Source: a virus
Strand: one strand, 5' to 3'
Length of the DNA: 64,000 nucleotides
IMG/VR virus record: IMGVR_UViG_3300018481_000004
Coordinates: 1 to 64,000 of that record
The translations under genes were made by a program, and so were the position numbers. Within the stretch, counting starts at the first letter, position 1, and every line of letters starts with the position of its first letter. Below, piece by piece: positions 9,230-18,171 of this stretch. Under the pieces are notes generated by a model, which saw only the letters and a list, made by a program, of their open reading frames with translations, was not told the DNA's origin and ran no database searches.

Positions 9230-9496
9230 TCAATTGCAGAACGCGGTACCTGAGAACGCGCGCGAAAATTTCAGAGTGATCTGATTCTTCGAGTTGTGCC
9301 GAACGTCGCACCACATTTCGTCACCGCTCGTGTTGATCACGGTGATCGATGCGTATTTCCCAAGGTTGTGCTGAACGATCCATTGATTGCTTGGAGTCGA
9401 CTGCACGTGCTCGAAAGTCTTGTCTACGCCGTCTCCAGTTCCAGACGTCGCGCCTCGCGCAGCACCGGGCGAGATCCACAGGCCTGGGCTACTCAT
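9230..9496 (-). CDS. Small HNLG-module protein, paralog of the 4221..4601 C-terminus
   Basis: 88 aa: VQHNLGKYASITVINTSGDEMWCDVRHNSKNQITLKFSRAFSGTAFCN. It lies immediately upstream of the giant fibre gene on the same strand. Confidence 0.7.
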   Translation of the reverse strand: MSSPGLWISPGAARGATSGTGDGVDKTFEHVQSTPSNQWIVQHNLGKYASITVINTSGDEMWCDVRHNSKNQITLKFSRAFSGTAFCN

Positions 9497-9864
9497 ACAA
9501 ACACCATGCCCTCAGCGTCGAGCCAGAACCCTGACCCTTCTGGCGCTTGCGTGAAGTCCGCCAAAGTTGAGGAACACCCGAAGAACAGCTTCTCGAAGAC
9601 CCGACCGCTGTTCGCGGGCACCCATGTGAAGTGTGAGTTTGCCGGAACGGCAATGACGAAGGCCGGCACGAGCCCCGCTCTCGGTGCTTCCTCGAACAGC
9701 TGCAGATACAGGTCGATCGAGCTGCCGTTGAGACCCGTCAACACGTAGAGGACGCAACGTTCGCGGCGGATGCCCCCCGCGACTTTGAGACCCTTGCTCG
9801 TGTAGAGAAACGGGTTCGTCTTCGCCGTCGGTTGTCGAAGCCGGAAGCTTTCGAGCGACTCCAC
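9493..9864 (-). CDS. Hypothetical virion-module protein
   Basis: 123-aa ORF, start/stop-coupled to 9230..9496 (4-nt overlap), with ordinary composition. The competing 9512..10456 ORF is Arg-rich. Confidence 0.6.
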   Translation of the reverse strand: MESLESFRLRQPTAKTNPFLYTSKGLKVAGGIRRERCVLYVLTGLNGSSIDLYLQLFEEAPRAGLVPAFVIAVPANSHFTWVPANSGRVFEKLFFGCSSTLADFTQAPEGSGFWLDAEGMVFV

Positions 9865-9870
9865 GGGGCC

Positions 9871-10515
9871 TTATCTCCCCGTGCTGTGCGGCGAGTAAAT
9901 GAGAATCGCACACTCGTTCGCCATGTCGGAGCTCGTCATGGCGACGGTCACGTACTCGATTGGTGTGCCGTGAAAGTCGGCATTTTGAAGGCCGAACGGC
10001 CCTGCGTTCACGAGGCCCGCGTCCAGACTTTTGACGATGACCATGAGGTTGTCTGCGAAATAGGGGCTGGCACGAAGCTCTCGAGAGAAGTTTGTCAGGT
10101 CGATGTTCAGCGCGTTCGAACCGCTGCCGAGCTGCCCGTCGCTCTGCAGTTGGTCTAGCTTCGCACCGTTCCAACGCTGGCTTGCGCTCGAGGGTTGAAA
10201 GGTGAATCGAGACGCCGCGTCCAATGCACCGACGGGTCCCGGATCGTCCGCGTGCAGCAAGCCGAACCATGGGCCGTCGGCGTACTCGATCGACTCGATC
10301 GTGAAGAGCTTGCCGTTCAAAACCATCTTCTGGCCAGGTGCTGCGTCGTTGGTGTAGGTGGGCGGAGAGCCGCCGCCCTCGTAGACGAACTCGACGATCA
10401 CGATCGCAGTCGTGCTCTGTACGATCGGTCCTACGCCACAGGCGCCCGCGTAACACAGTGTTTGTGCGGACCCGTTCAGCAACGGCGGCTTGATGCTCGG
10501 CGCTGGTACGGCCAT
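9871..10515 (-). CDS. Hypothetical virion-module protein (beta-rich)
   Basis: 214-aa ORF with ATG at 10515, in series with the late operon. No recognisable motif. Confidence 0.65.
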   Translation of the reverse strand: MAVPAPSIKPPLLNGSAQTLCYAGACGVGPIVQSTTAIVIVEFVYEGGGSPPTYTNDAAPGQKMVLNGKLFTIESIEYADGPWFGLLHADDPGPVGALDAASRFTFQPSSASQRWNGAKLDQLQSDGQLGSGSNALNIDLTNFSRELRASPYFADNLMVIVKSLDAGLVNAGPFGLQNADFHGTPIEYVTVAMTSSDMANECAILIYSPHSTGR

Positions 10516-10542
10516 GCGGCTACCCCCCGGTGGCGGCCTCCG

Positions 10543-10590
10543 CTCAAAATGAGTAGGCCGCAGGGGGAAGGATACATCTGAAAATGAAAC
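10543..10590. promoter_or_regulatory. Pair of AAAATGA boxes with a CAGGGGGA element inside the late operon
   Basis: CTCAAAATGAGTAGG (10543-10557), CAGGGGGAAGG (10561-) and CTGAAAATGAAAC (10578-10590) sit in a 120-bp intergenic gap. The same box family occurs at 20437, 33821, 43917, 48836 and 54881. Confidence 0.35.
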
Positions 10591-10635
10591 GAGGCGGAGT
10601 AGAAAGCTCTGGGCGCGGGCGCAGTTTCAGAGGCC

Positions 10636-11196
10636 TCAGCGGCGCCGACGTCGCCGAGGAGCAAGGGGGCCAAGCCCTTCGACGCCAAAGCGGCGTTTGG
10701 CCTTGGACACGTAGCTCTGCGCGTGGGCGGAGACACTTCCGCGGTGCTGCCAGAGCAGGTAGCCAACCCCCGCCAGCGCGGCTGCGCCCCCGGCCCAGTA
10801 CAAGGGCGTGAGGTCGAACTCGACAGGGGGCACCTCGGTCTTGACCTTGACCTCGGCTCCGTGGGGCACATCCACGTTTCCGCCAGATGCGGGGCGTCCC
10901 GTCCAGCTCACGTACTTGGCCCGGTAGACGTTCAGCTGGTCCACGAACCCTTCGATGACCGAGACATTCCCACTGAACAGCCACGTCGTGATGCCGGCCG
11001 CGTTGTACCACTTGGCCCACTGGTCACGAAGCAAACGCCAAGCTTCGAGCTCGCCGGCAGGCAGCAGCTTGGCGTCCTTGGCGCGCGCCATGTCGTTGTT
11101 GAACGAAAGGAAGCCGGCGTGCGCGGTCTTCGCGAGTTCCTGGATGGCCGAAGGCGTCCAGAACAGCGGCTCGGTCATGTCGAGCATGTCGATCAT
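10636..11196 (-). CDS. Hypothetical protein with C-terminal membrane anchor and Arg tail
   Basis: 186 aa. Hydrophobic segment LYWAGGAAALAGVGYLLW near the C-terminus, which ends RRRRRR. Confidence 0.65.
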   Translation of the reverse strand: MIDMLDMTEPLFWTPSAIQELAKTAHAGFLSFNNDMARAKDAKLLPAGELEAWRLLRDQWAKWYNAAGITTWLFSGNVSVIEGFVDQLNVYRAKYVSWTGRPASGGNVDVPHGAEVKVKTEVPPVEFDLTPLYWAGGAAALAGVGYLLWQHRGSVSAHAQSYVSKAKRRFGVEGLGPLAPRRRRRR

Positions 11197-11570
11197 CGGA
11201 GGCTCTCCTTGAGCGTTGGAACTTCGGATGCGCGCCCGTCAACGACGTCGGCGCCGCTGTCTTGGAGCTCAGGAAAGCCGGGAGGCAGCCCGATCGGTTC
11301 GGAGTTGTGCCGCGTGATCGCGAACGTCACGACGAATGCGGCCAGGCTGCCGGGCCAAGGCGCGCCCAAGCCGACCCACACAAGCGACGCGATGACGGTC
11401 GACCAGAACGACATGCACAAGTCACACGCCCAGGGCTTGATACCTTGCTGTGTCCAACCGGCGAAGGGCGGCAGCGCGCGCACGATCGGCGGAATTGCAG
11501 CAGCCGACATGCCGATGAGTGCGGCAGTGGCGAGCAAGTGGAGTACGGCGCGCAAGTCCATCTCGATCAC
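11193..11570 (-). CDS. Small integral membrane protein (about 3 TM segments)
   Basis: 125 aa. Hydrophobic runs are LLATAALIGMSAAAIPPIV, FWSTVIASLVWVGLGAPW and LAAFVVTFAIT. It overlaps both neighbours by 4 nt. Confidence 0.65.
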   Translation of the reverse strand: MIEMDLRAVLHLLATAALIGMSAAAIPPIVRALPPFAGWTQQGIKPWACDLCMSFWSTVIASLVWVGLGAPWPGSLAAFVVTFAITRHNSEPIGLPPGFPELQDSGADVVDGRASEVPTLKESLR

Positions 11571-12073
11571 TCCAGGAAATCACCCGGTTCACATCCATGC
11601 CCGTCAACCATATCGGCTGATGCTTCTAGGTCATCACCAAAGTCAAGAAACTGCATCAACTTGTGAGGGTTTACTCTCTCCCACTCATCGTTACCCGAAC
11701 GATCGACAAGGATGGACCGCAATGCGCGCGCGAGTCTCATATCCCTTTGCTCCTCAGTCTCCGCTCGCTTCGCCGTTTTCCGCTTTCCGACTTTTGCCGG
11801 GTCCCCGAGCCCAGAGCCCCCAATGTCCGACTTGTTCTGCCCGCTGAGATCCATCATCCGCCGGCCGTAGGTGGCCATGTCCCTGACTTTTTTCACGAGC
11901 CTCGTGCGCGTCGGGGAAGGTGGCTCTTTCAAGAGAAACTTCAGCGCCGCCTTCAGCTCTTTCATGCCTTGGTCGAACAGACCGAAGTTGAACGAGCCAC
12001 GAGCGAAGCCCACTGCAGAGCTCACCAGTATGCTCGCGTTCTTGGCGTCGGCTGTGTCCCAGTCAATTTCCAT
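11567..12073 (-). CDS. Hypothetical protein
   Basis: The track ORF 11567..12598 has an Arg-rich front that overlaps 12088..12783. An in-frame ATG at 12073 gives MEIDWDTADAKNAS.. (168 aa) just after the upstream stop. Confidence 0.6.
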   Translation of the reverse strand: MEIDWDTADAKNASILVSSAVGFARGSFNFGLFDQGMKELKAALKFLLKEPPSPTRTRLVKKVRDMATYGRRMMDLSGQNKSDIGGSGLGDPAKVGKRKTAKRAETEEQRDMRLARALRSILVDRSGNDEWERVNPHKLMQFLDFGDDLEASADMVDGHGCEPGDFLE

Positions 12074-12087
12074 GGCCTTGTTCCCTC

Positions 12088-12783
12088 TCAGCGCCGGCTC
12101 TTGTCCCGAGTCAACGCATAAGCGGCCAGAGCGCCCGCAAGTCCGAGACCTGCCCACAGGCCGAGATTGAACTCTTCGATGCGCTGCACGGTCGCGAGGG
12201 TGTCCGCCGTCGACCACAGATTGAGCCCTGGCCGAAGCGCGCGATTGACCTCGGTGTGCAGTGGAAGCAGCGCCGGCCCGAGCGCCGCGAGTTTGGCTGC
12301 AGTCATCGACCCGTCGGACGGCTTCACGCGCAAGGTGTAGATCTGCGCCGTTTGTGGCAGCGTCACGTTGTCGGCCGGTGTCGGCGTGCCCGCCGCGTAC
12401 TTCTGGCCGACCTGGTACCCATTGAGTCGGGCAGGTCCGGTGCGAATGAGCGCCTCCCAGCCATCGGTGACAGACTCCCACTGAATCACGAGGGGTACGC
12501 TCGTGAGCGCGCTGTCGAGGACGCGGTAGCCCTTCTGCCGCAGACCCTCTGCAAAGGCAGCATCCAACGTCGCCTTGCTGAGCTTGTTCGGACCACACGT
12601 CATCTGCACATCGAGCAACACACCGCGATCAAGTCCCGCAGCCTGATCCGTCTCCACTACGCTCAGGCCTGAGCTGGCAAAAATCTCAGCGGCCTCGGTG
12701 ATATGGTGGACGACGCCCAGTCCAGAGAGCTGCACGCCACTGTGCGCAGTATCGTCGCCTCCGTACTTGATCTCCATCACCAT
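12088..12783 (-). CDS. Hypothetical protein with C-terminal membrane anchor
   Basis: 231 aa with C-terminal NLGLWAGLGLAGALAAYALTRDKSRR. Confidence 0.65.
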   Translation of the reverse strand: MVMEIKYGGDDTAHSGVQLSGLGVVHHITEAAEIFASSGLSVVETDQAAGLDRGVLLDVQMTCGPNKLSKATLDAAFAEGLRQKGYRVLDSALTSVPLVIQWESVTDGWEALIRTGPARLNGYQVGQKYAAGTPTPADNVTLPQTAQIYTLRVKPSDGSMTAAKLAALGPALLPLHTEVNRALRPGLNLWSTADTLATVQRIEEFNLGLWAGLGLAGALAAYALTRDKSRR

Positions 12784-12796
12784 GGGGCGCTCCGTT

Positions 12797-13024
12797 TCAG
12801 AAGGGCGTGCGGCCCACGCCCACGTCGGAGCACGGGCATTCGGCCGTAAAGGTCAGGATCGCGTTGTCGCCTTTGCGTAGGACCGCAATCCACTTGCCGA
12901 CTGGGCGAGAGAAGTACACGTGCGCCTTGTCGTTGCTCACGTCTCGATGGAGAACTGCTTGGTAACGGCGCAGGTACTCGTTGAGCTGCGCAATCGGCAC
13001 GGTCATCTTCTCGGCTTTGGCCAT
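12797..13024 (-). CDS. Small hypothetical protein
   Basis: ATG at 13024 is preceded by GGAGGAGGAAC (strong SD). 75 aa, MAKAEKMTVPIAQLNEYL... The upstream part of the track ORF is Arg/Ser-rich. Confidence 0.55.
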   Translation of the reverse strand: MAKAEKMTVPIAQLNEYLRRYQAVLHRDVSNDKAHVYFSRPVGKWIAVLRKGDNAILTFTAECPCSDVGVGRTPF

Positions 13025-13171
13025 GTTCCTCCTCCCCTCGTCAACAACGTGGGCGTCGCCTGATGCGCTTGCCTGGGCGCGTCGTGAAGCGTCGTCGCTC
13101 GGTCCGGTCGCGCGCGCGAGGAAGTAACTCCTGGCGCGCGTCCTTGCAGCTGATGAAGGCGGGCGCAATCA

Positions 13172-14272
13172 TCAGAACGGCAGCGGAGGCAAGCCCATCG
13201 CCATGGGGCCAAACTTCATGCCTACTTTGACAGCGGTTTTGAGCGTGGTCTTGAGACCCTTTCCGGCCAGTTTCACGCCCTTCTTCAGGTTCTGTTTGAG
13301 CTTGCGGCCGATCCTGCCCTCGAGCCCCGCGAGGTTGCCGTTCAGGCTGGCCAATCCCTCGAGGCCACTCAGCTGCGCGGTGGTGGTCGCATCACGCATC
13401 GCGACCAGGAACATCGCCTGCACTTGCTTCTTGTCCCAGCGTCCGCCCGCCATCACCTTGGTGCGGAACAGCCGCACCACAGCGAGGCGGCGCTGGATCT
13501 CGGCCTGCTTCGGGTTGCCGGTACGCTGTGCCGTGTCCCGGTCCCTCTCGAGCTTGCGTAACTCCGCATCGCCGCCGAGGCGCTCGTATTCCGCGAAGGT
13601 GGCGTTGTCGATGAAGTGCTTTCGAATCTCGTGGTTCTTCACTTGAGGGCCGCGTGGACCCACAGCGCCCAAACCGGAGACGCCGCACGAGGCGCAACCT
13701 CCCAGCCCTGCCAGACCTGCACTCGACGCAAGAAGCGGCGCGCCGGGGTAGAACGAAGAGCCCCCCATGAAGGTGCTTCCGCCTGATGGATCGATCAGTA
13801 GCTCGCGCGGGGAGCCGATCGGCGACATGCGCTGCGACTGAAACGCGTGCTTGGCGCCACCGTCCAGCGCTGCCATGTCGGCCGCGAGACCTGCACTCGA
13901 GGAGAGCAACGTCCCGCCGGGATAGTAGGAGGAGCCGCCGCCGTAGGTGCCTCCTTCGCTAGGATCGATCAGTGCGTGCTTGGGCATGGGATTCTCCGAA
14001 AAGGCTGCGAGGCCGGTGGTGAGAAGAGGAAGACCTGGCGTGTAGTTCGAACCGCCGCTGAAGAGTGCGCCACCCCCTGGAGCGACGACGCCGCGACGCT
14101 GCTCCGTGGGCAGGTCCACGACGTTCATGTAACGAAGGAACTCTCCCTCCGGCTCGACCAGGTACGCTTCCGCAGGGTTGGCCGAGACGATCGGTTGCCC
14201 CGCCCGCCTGGCCACAGGCGCCAAATCGAGCCCGTCGAGTACAGCGATTGGATCGCCCAACCCTCTACGCAT
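13172..14272 (-). CDS. Hypothetical Gly/Ser-rich protein with threefold internal repeat
   Basis: 366 aa. Three copies of LIDPS.GG(T/S)..GGSS.YPG..LL.SSAGLA, and a Lys-rich C-terminus. Confidence 0.65.
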   Translation of the reverse strand: MRRGLGDPIAVLDGLDLAPVARRAGQPIVSANPAEAYLVEPEGEFLRYMNVVDLPTEQRRGVVAPGGGALFSGGSNYTPGLPLLTTGLAAFSENPMPKHALIDPSEGGTYGGGSSYYPGGTLLSSSAGLAADMAALDGGAKHAFQSQRMSPIGSPRELLIDPSGGSTFMGGSSFYPGAPLLASSAGLAGLGGCASCGVSGLGAVGPRGPQVKNHEIRKHFIDNATFAEYERLGGDAELRKLERDRDTAQRTGNPKQAEIQRRLAVVRLFRTKVMAGGRWDKKQVQAMFLVAMRDATTTAQLSGLEGLASLNGNLAGLEGRIGRKLKQNLKKGVKLAGKGLKTTLKTAVKVGMKFGPMAMGLPPLPF

Positions 14273-15056
14273 AAAGCCTCCTGGTCAGACCCGCGACGCC
14301 CTGCGAGGGCTCCTTGGGTCGGAAATAGAAATACGCAGCGACAGCGCCGACGGCACCGACGCTGATCCACAACCAGACGTTGTCGTGGTCGAGACTTTCC
14401 TGACACGCGCTGATCGCGGCCTGTCGCGCCACATCGTTCGGCGCGCTGTACGCAGCCTCGAGACACGCCTGTAGCGCCTCGCCTGTCGCTTCGACGGTGT
14501 CGGCACTGCCGTTGACGGTCTCCGAAGCGAACTTGCCTGTCAGATAGGTCTGCACAATGGGGCCGGCTGCGGAGAGCACCGAGGAAATGCCCATCCACAC
14601 GACCGGGTTCTTCACCACCGCGTAGAGCGCGCGCCCGGCGGTGAGAAGCCAACCGAGCTCGTCAAGGCCAGCAAGTCCGCTGAGCACGGGACTTGCCGAC
14701 GGCTTCTGCAACGCCGCGACGATCGACTGCCAGGCGCTGACGGGGCTGAGCTCGCTCAGGCCCAATGCCGATGTGGCGAAGAGCGAGACCGTCGCTGCCG
14801 CGTCGATGGCCGCTTGCACGGCCGGAAAGCCCTTGATCGTTTCGACGATGATGTCGATGAGACGATTGAGCCCGCCGACCCAGGCATCAGCGCGGGCGCC
14901 GAGCTTGGTGACGTCGACGTCGCGCGCTTTCAGGTCGGTGACGATCTTCTCCATGCGCTGATAGCGGTCGACCTCTTTGGTCACGGTGTCGAGCAACCGC
15001 GTCCAAGGCGTCGCCGCGGTCGTAGCGGCTGCGAGCCCCGCGATCTCGACGGTCAT
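14265..15056 (-). CDS. Membrane protein (hypothetical)
   Basis: ATG at 15056 overlaps the upstream stop (ATGA) and gives MTVEIAGLAAATT... Hydrophobic segments are VVWMGISSVLSAAGPIV and WLWISVGAVGAVAAYFYF. Confidence 0.6.
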   Translation of the reverse strand: MTVEIAGLAAATTAATPWTRLLDTVTKEVDRYQRMEKIVTDLKARDVDVTKLGARADAWVGGLNRLIDIIVETIKGFPAVQAAIDAAATVSLFATSALGLSELSPVSAWQSIVAALQKPSASPVLSGLAGLDELGWLLTAGRALYAVVKNPVVWMGISSVLSAAGPIVQTYLTGKFASETVNGSADTVEATGEALQACLEAAYSAPNDVARQAAISACQESLDHDNVWLWISVGAVGAVAAYFYFRPKEPSQGVAGLTRRLYA

Positions 15057-17047
15057 GCCGCCCTCTGCTGCGTCGACCCTTGCGCGCGCTGCTGCATGAC
15101 GAGGTAGACCGCGAGCACGGCGGCACCCACGCAGCCGACGATCATCCAAGTGGGTGTGCCTTCGCTGCTGCTCTCCGTTGCTGTCGTCATCGCCGTCGAG
15201 TCAGCGGGGATCGCAGGTGCGTAATAGGCGGAGTTCGCAGGCGTCGACGTCGAAGGCACGAAGATGGCGCCTTGCCGCGGCGCCTCCTCCTGTTGTCCAG
15301 CGGTTGTTGCGTCGCCTGCCGGCTGCTCAGGAGCCTGCTGCTGCGGTTGCTGCGTGGGCGTAGCAGGTTCATCCTGCTGCTGCTGGGCCTGCTGCTTTTC
15401 TTCGCCCGCGGCGCCCTCGTCGTAGATCCGTGCCCCTACCGAGCTCGCATTCGCCATCGCAGGGGGCACACGCAGGTTCTGTCCTACAAGCAAGGTCGGG
15501 AGCGCGCGTTCGAACGCGGTGGTCTGGATTCCGGGCGCGTACTGCGCAATGGATGCGTAACCAGCTTGCGTCGCATCATCCCAGCTCCCGGTCACCTCGA
15601 CGCCGGCAAACTTTGACGGCGTCGCGCGGCGTGCCACGACCAGCATCTTCTGCACGGCCTGGACCGTGGTCGTCTGCGTGGCAAGCGCGATCATCTGTGC
15701 TGCGAGGCGGTCTTCGACGCTCGGCGCCGCGGGCTCCGTTCCGCCCCCTTCTTCGGCATCGCCGCCCGTGGGCAGCTGCGCTTCGCCTCCGGCCGCTTGC
15801 TGCGCACCCCCCGTGGTGATCGACGTCAGCCCCGGCATCCGCGCCGCTCTCGCGAGCGCGTCGTACGTGGCCGGCACGATCCACGCGGACGTGGGGCCAG
15901 CGCGATCAAAGGTGCCGTCGAGCTTCTTCGCCTTGGCTTTGGCCATCCACGCTGTGCGCGTCGCAGGTCCGAAGTTGCTGTCCCTCGTGAGCTTGACGCC
16001 GAGCTTCTTCAGGATGTCCTGCATGATGCCGACGCTCGCCTGCATCATGCCTTCCTTGGTGGCGTCGGTTGGCTTTGCAACCGCGGTCCCGGGCTTCGCT
16101 GCAGGCTTCGTGGAGCCCTTTGCCTTGCTCGCTTCTGCGTTCAAAGCCGCATAGGTCGCAGGATGGACCCACATCTCCGTCGGGCTCGCACGGTCGGCGC
16201 CCGTGTCTTGCCCGAGGCGCTTGGCGGCCTCAGCCCAGAGCTTGGCCGTCGTCGGTCCGTATTTCTTGTCGACGGTCAGCTTCGCGCCAAGCTTACGGAT
16301 CAGCTGCTGCGCGCTTTCGACGGTGATCTTGATGTACGCCTGGTTTGTCGCTGTGGTCGGCTTGGCTGCCGTCGCAGCGGATGCTTTGCCTTTCGCAGGC
16401 GCCTTGCCTTTCGCAGGCGCCTTGGCTTGCGCAGGCGCCGTGGTTGCACCGGCTGGCTTGAGCCGCGCCTCGAGCTCCTGCTTGCTCAGAATCAGCAGAC
16501 CCCACGCCGCCGCATCGACCACGGCGCTGTATTTGTCAGCGCCGCGCTCGATTTGCGGGCTCCTGCCTACGCGTGTGGCGAATGCCTGCCACACGGAGAC
16601 CGTCTTGGTTCCGTATGTCTTGTCGGCCTTGAGCTGCGCGCCGTGCTTGATCAGCTGCTTCTGCATGAACTCGACGTTCACGTGAAACTGACTGATCTCG
16701 ATCTTCTCGTCGTAGATCGCCGGGTGCTGCAGCGTGGGCCGCGTTTTGAGCGTAGTGTTGTACGGCGACAGCACCGCATTGGCTGCAGCAGGCGGGTTGC
16801 TCGCGACAGCCGGCGGCAACGCCTTCTTCTGCTGCGCGGTCGCAGTTGCCTTGGCCGGAGGCTTCACAGGTGGCTTGACCACGATGGGCTTCGCCGCGGC
16901 GGTCTTCTTGGCCGGGGTGGTCTTCTTGGCCGGGGTGGTCTTCTTGGCCGCGCCGAGCTCGCCGATCCCAAGCGCGAACTCGGCCAAGTAGGACGACAGG
17001 CCGCTCAAGTCCTGTTGCTGCTGCAGGTAGGGATCGTAGTAGTCCAT
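15053..17047 (-). CDS. Membrane-anchored protein with about 4 peptidoglycan-binding-like repeats
   Basis: 664 aa. Repeats resemble the PG_binding_1 pattern (V..Q..L..LG..L..D..(Y/F)G..T). Examples are VEFMQKQLIKHGAQLKADKTYGTKT, VESAQQLIRKLGAKLTVDKKYGPTT and VGIMQDILKKLGVKLTRDSNFGPAT. There are KKTTPAKKT low-complexity linkers and a C-terminal TM, WMIVGCVGAAVLAVYLV. Confidence 0.75.
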   Translation of the reverse strand: MDYYDPYLQQQQDLSGLSSYLAEFALGIGELGAAKKTTPAKKTTPAKKTAAAKPIVVKPPVKPPAKATATAQQKKALPPAVASNPPAAANAVLSPYNTTLKTRPTLQHPAIYDEKIEISQFHVNVEFMQKQLIKHGAQLKADKTYGTKTVSVWQAFATRVGRSPQIERGADKYSAVVDAAAWGLLILSKQELEARLKPAGATTAPAQAKAPAKGKAPAKGKASAATAAKPTTATNQAYIKITVESAQQLIRKLGAKLTVDKKYGPTTAKLWAEAAKRLGQDTGADRASPTEMWVHPATYAALNAEASKAKGSTKPAAKPGTAVAKPTDATKEGMMQASVGIMQDILKKLGVKLTRDSNFGPATRTAWMAKAKAKKLDGTFDRAGPTSAWIVPATYDALARAARMPGLTSITTGGAQQAAGGEAQLPTGGDAEEGGGTEPAAPSVEDRLAAQMIALATQTTTVQAVQKMLVVARRATPSKFAGVEVTGSWDDATQAGYASIAQYAPGIQTTAFERALPTLLVGQNLRVPPAMANASSVGARIYDEGAAGEEKQQAQQQQDEPATPTQQPQQQAPEQPAGDATTAGQQEEAPRQGAIFVPSTSTPANSAYYAPAIPADSTAMTTATESSSEGTPTWMIVGCVGAAVLAVYLVMQQRAQGSTQQRAA

Positions 17048-17057
17048 TCAAGACCTC

Positions 17058-17495
17058 TCAGAACGACACTTCGCTGACGATGAAGCTGACGTTGATCGGT
17101 GACTGCCCGTAGAGCGTCTCGCCCGGGAGCAGCACGCAACCGAAGCTCACGCCCGCGCCTGCGCCCATGCGCGGCTCGAGTTGGACCGGGATGCCAGCGC
17201 TGTCGCCTTGGGAGTCTTCCTTGCCGACCGTGATCGCGAGCGGACCGTCGGTCGAGAGCGGCAGGAAGAGCGCCACGAACGCGCAGTGCCGCGCAGCGGG
17301 CGCGATGTTGGCGATGCGCTTGGGCTCATCGGCCTCGAGATGAACCGTGCGCTTGGAGCCGTGTGCAATGCGGAACGGTCCGACGATCGACGCGATCAAC
17401 GCGTGCATCTGCAGGTTGCCTTCACCTGGATCGATCTCGAGGCGCGCACCACGGCGTACGGCCTCGCCGAAAAACTCGTCGTACCCGCTCGCCAC
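17058..17495 (-). CDS. Small beta-rich hypothetical virion protein; start uncertain
   Basis: The track ORF extends to 17654 but overlaps 17498..18055. A GTG at 17495 just after the upstream stop gives VASGYDEFFGEAV.. (145 aa). Confidence 0.5.
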   Translation of the reverse strand: MASGYDEFFGEAVRRGARLEIDPGEGNLQMHALIASIVGPFRIAHGSKRTVHLEADEPKRIANIAPAARHCAFVALFLPLSTDGPLAITVGKEDSQGDSAGIPVQLEPRMGAGAGVSFGCVLLPGETLYGQSPINVSFIVSEVSF

Positions 17496-17497
17496 GA

Positions 17498-18055
17498 TCA
17501 GCCGCCCTGTTGGGCTGTCGCCGACACGAGGTCGCCAATCAGCTGAATGCCCACTTCGCGGCTTGCGCCCACGAGCGGTCCCCAGCGGCTTGTGTCGACA
17601 GCCCACGTCACATCGAACGACGTGCCGGGCACGCAGATGTACGCGCCGTCCCACTCTGCGACGTTTCCCGCGCCGGAGAGCGAGATAAGCGAGGCGAACG
17701 AGACGTTGCGCTTGAAGACAGAGAACGAACGCCCCTGCTCCACGAGGTTGAAGTCGATCAACGCCGGAGCGTTGCCGAGCGAGCCCGGGTTCATCGCGAA
17801 GCCCGCGATTTTCCGGATCACGAAGTTGTAGTTGCTGACGATCTGCACCGGCGGCGTCTGAAACGTGATCGAACCTGACGGGTCGACACGGCAGCGAAAC
17901 TGCAAGCTCTCGATGCGCGCCTTTTCGGGGAACAGATACCCCGACGCCAGGTCTGAGTAGTAACCGAGCAGCGGCCCGACCACCTTCGCGCCCTGCGGCG
18001 TGCTCGCATTCGCCACGGCGGGCATGTCGCCCAAGTATCCGCGATTACCAGCCAT
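17498..18055 (-). CDS. Small beta-rich virion protein (capsid-component candidate)
   Basis: 185 aa, MAGNRGYLGDMPAV..NFVIRKIAGFAMNPG..IDFNLVEQGRSFSVFKRNVSFASL..EWDGAYICVPGTSFDVTW. No known motif. The pattern suggests alternating beta-strands. Confidence 0.7.
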   Translation of the reverse strand: MAGNRGYLGDMPAVANASTPQGAKVVGPLLGYYSDLASGYLFPEKARIESLQFRCRVDPSGSITFQTPPVQIVSNYNFVIRKIAGFAMNPGSLGNAPALIDFNLVEQGRSFSVFKRNVSFASLISLSGAGNVAEWDGAYICVPGTSFDVTWAVDTSRWGPLVGASREVGIQLIGDLVSATAQQGG

Positions 18056-18171
18056 AGTCCTTGTTCTCCCCTTGTGGCGATGCGCCAGCTTCTTCGGCGC
18101 CTCGACCCACGGTTAGGTCAAGGCGCCGAAGAAGCCGTCGAGCAGACATGAGTGTCTGCTCGACCGTCAGA

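Noticed and set aside
15797-17077. 426-aa plus ORF, with 15080..15616 and 15666..16154, opposite the PG-binding-repeat gene
   Set aside because: Arg/Leu/Gly-rich with no motifs. The minus-strand product has a coherent repeat architecture and a TM anchor.
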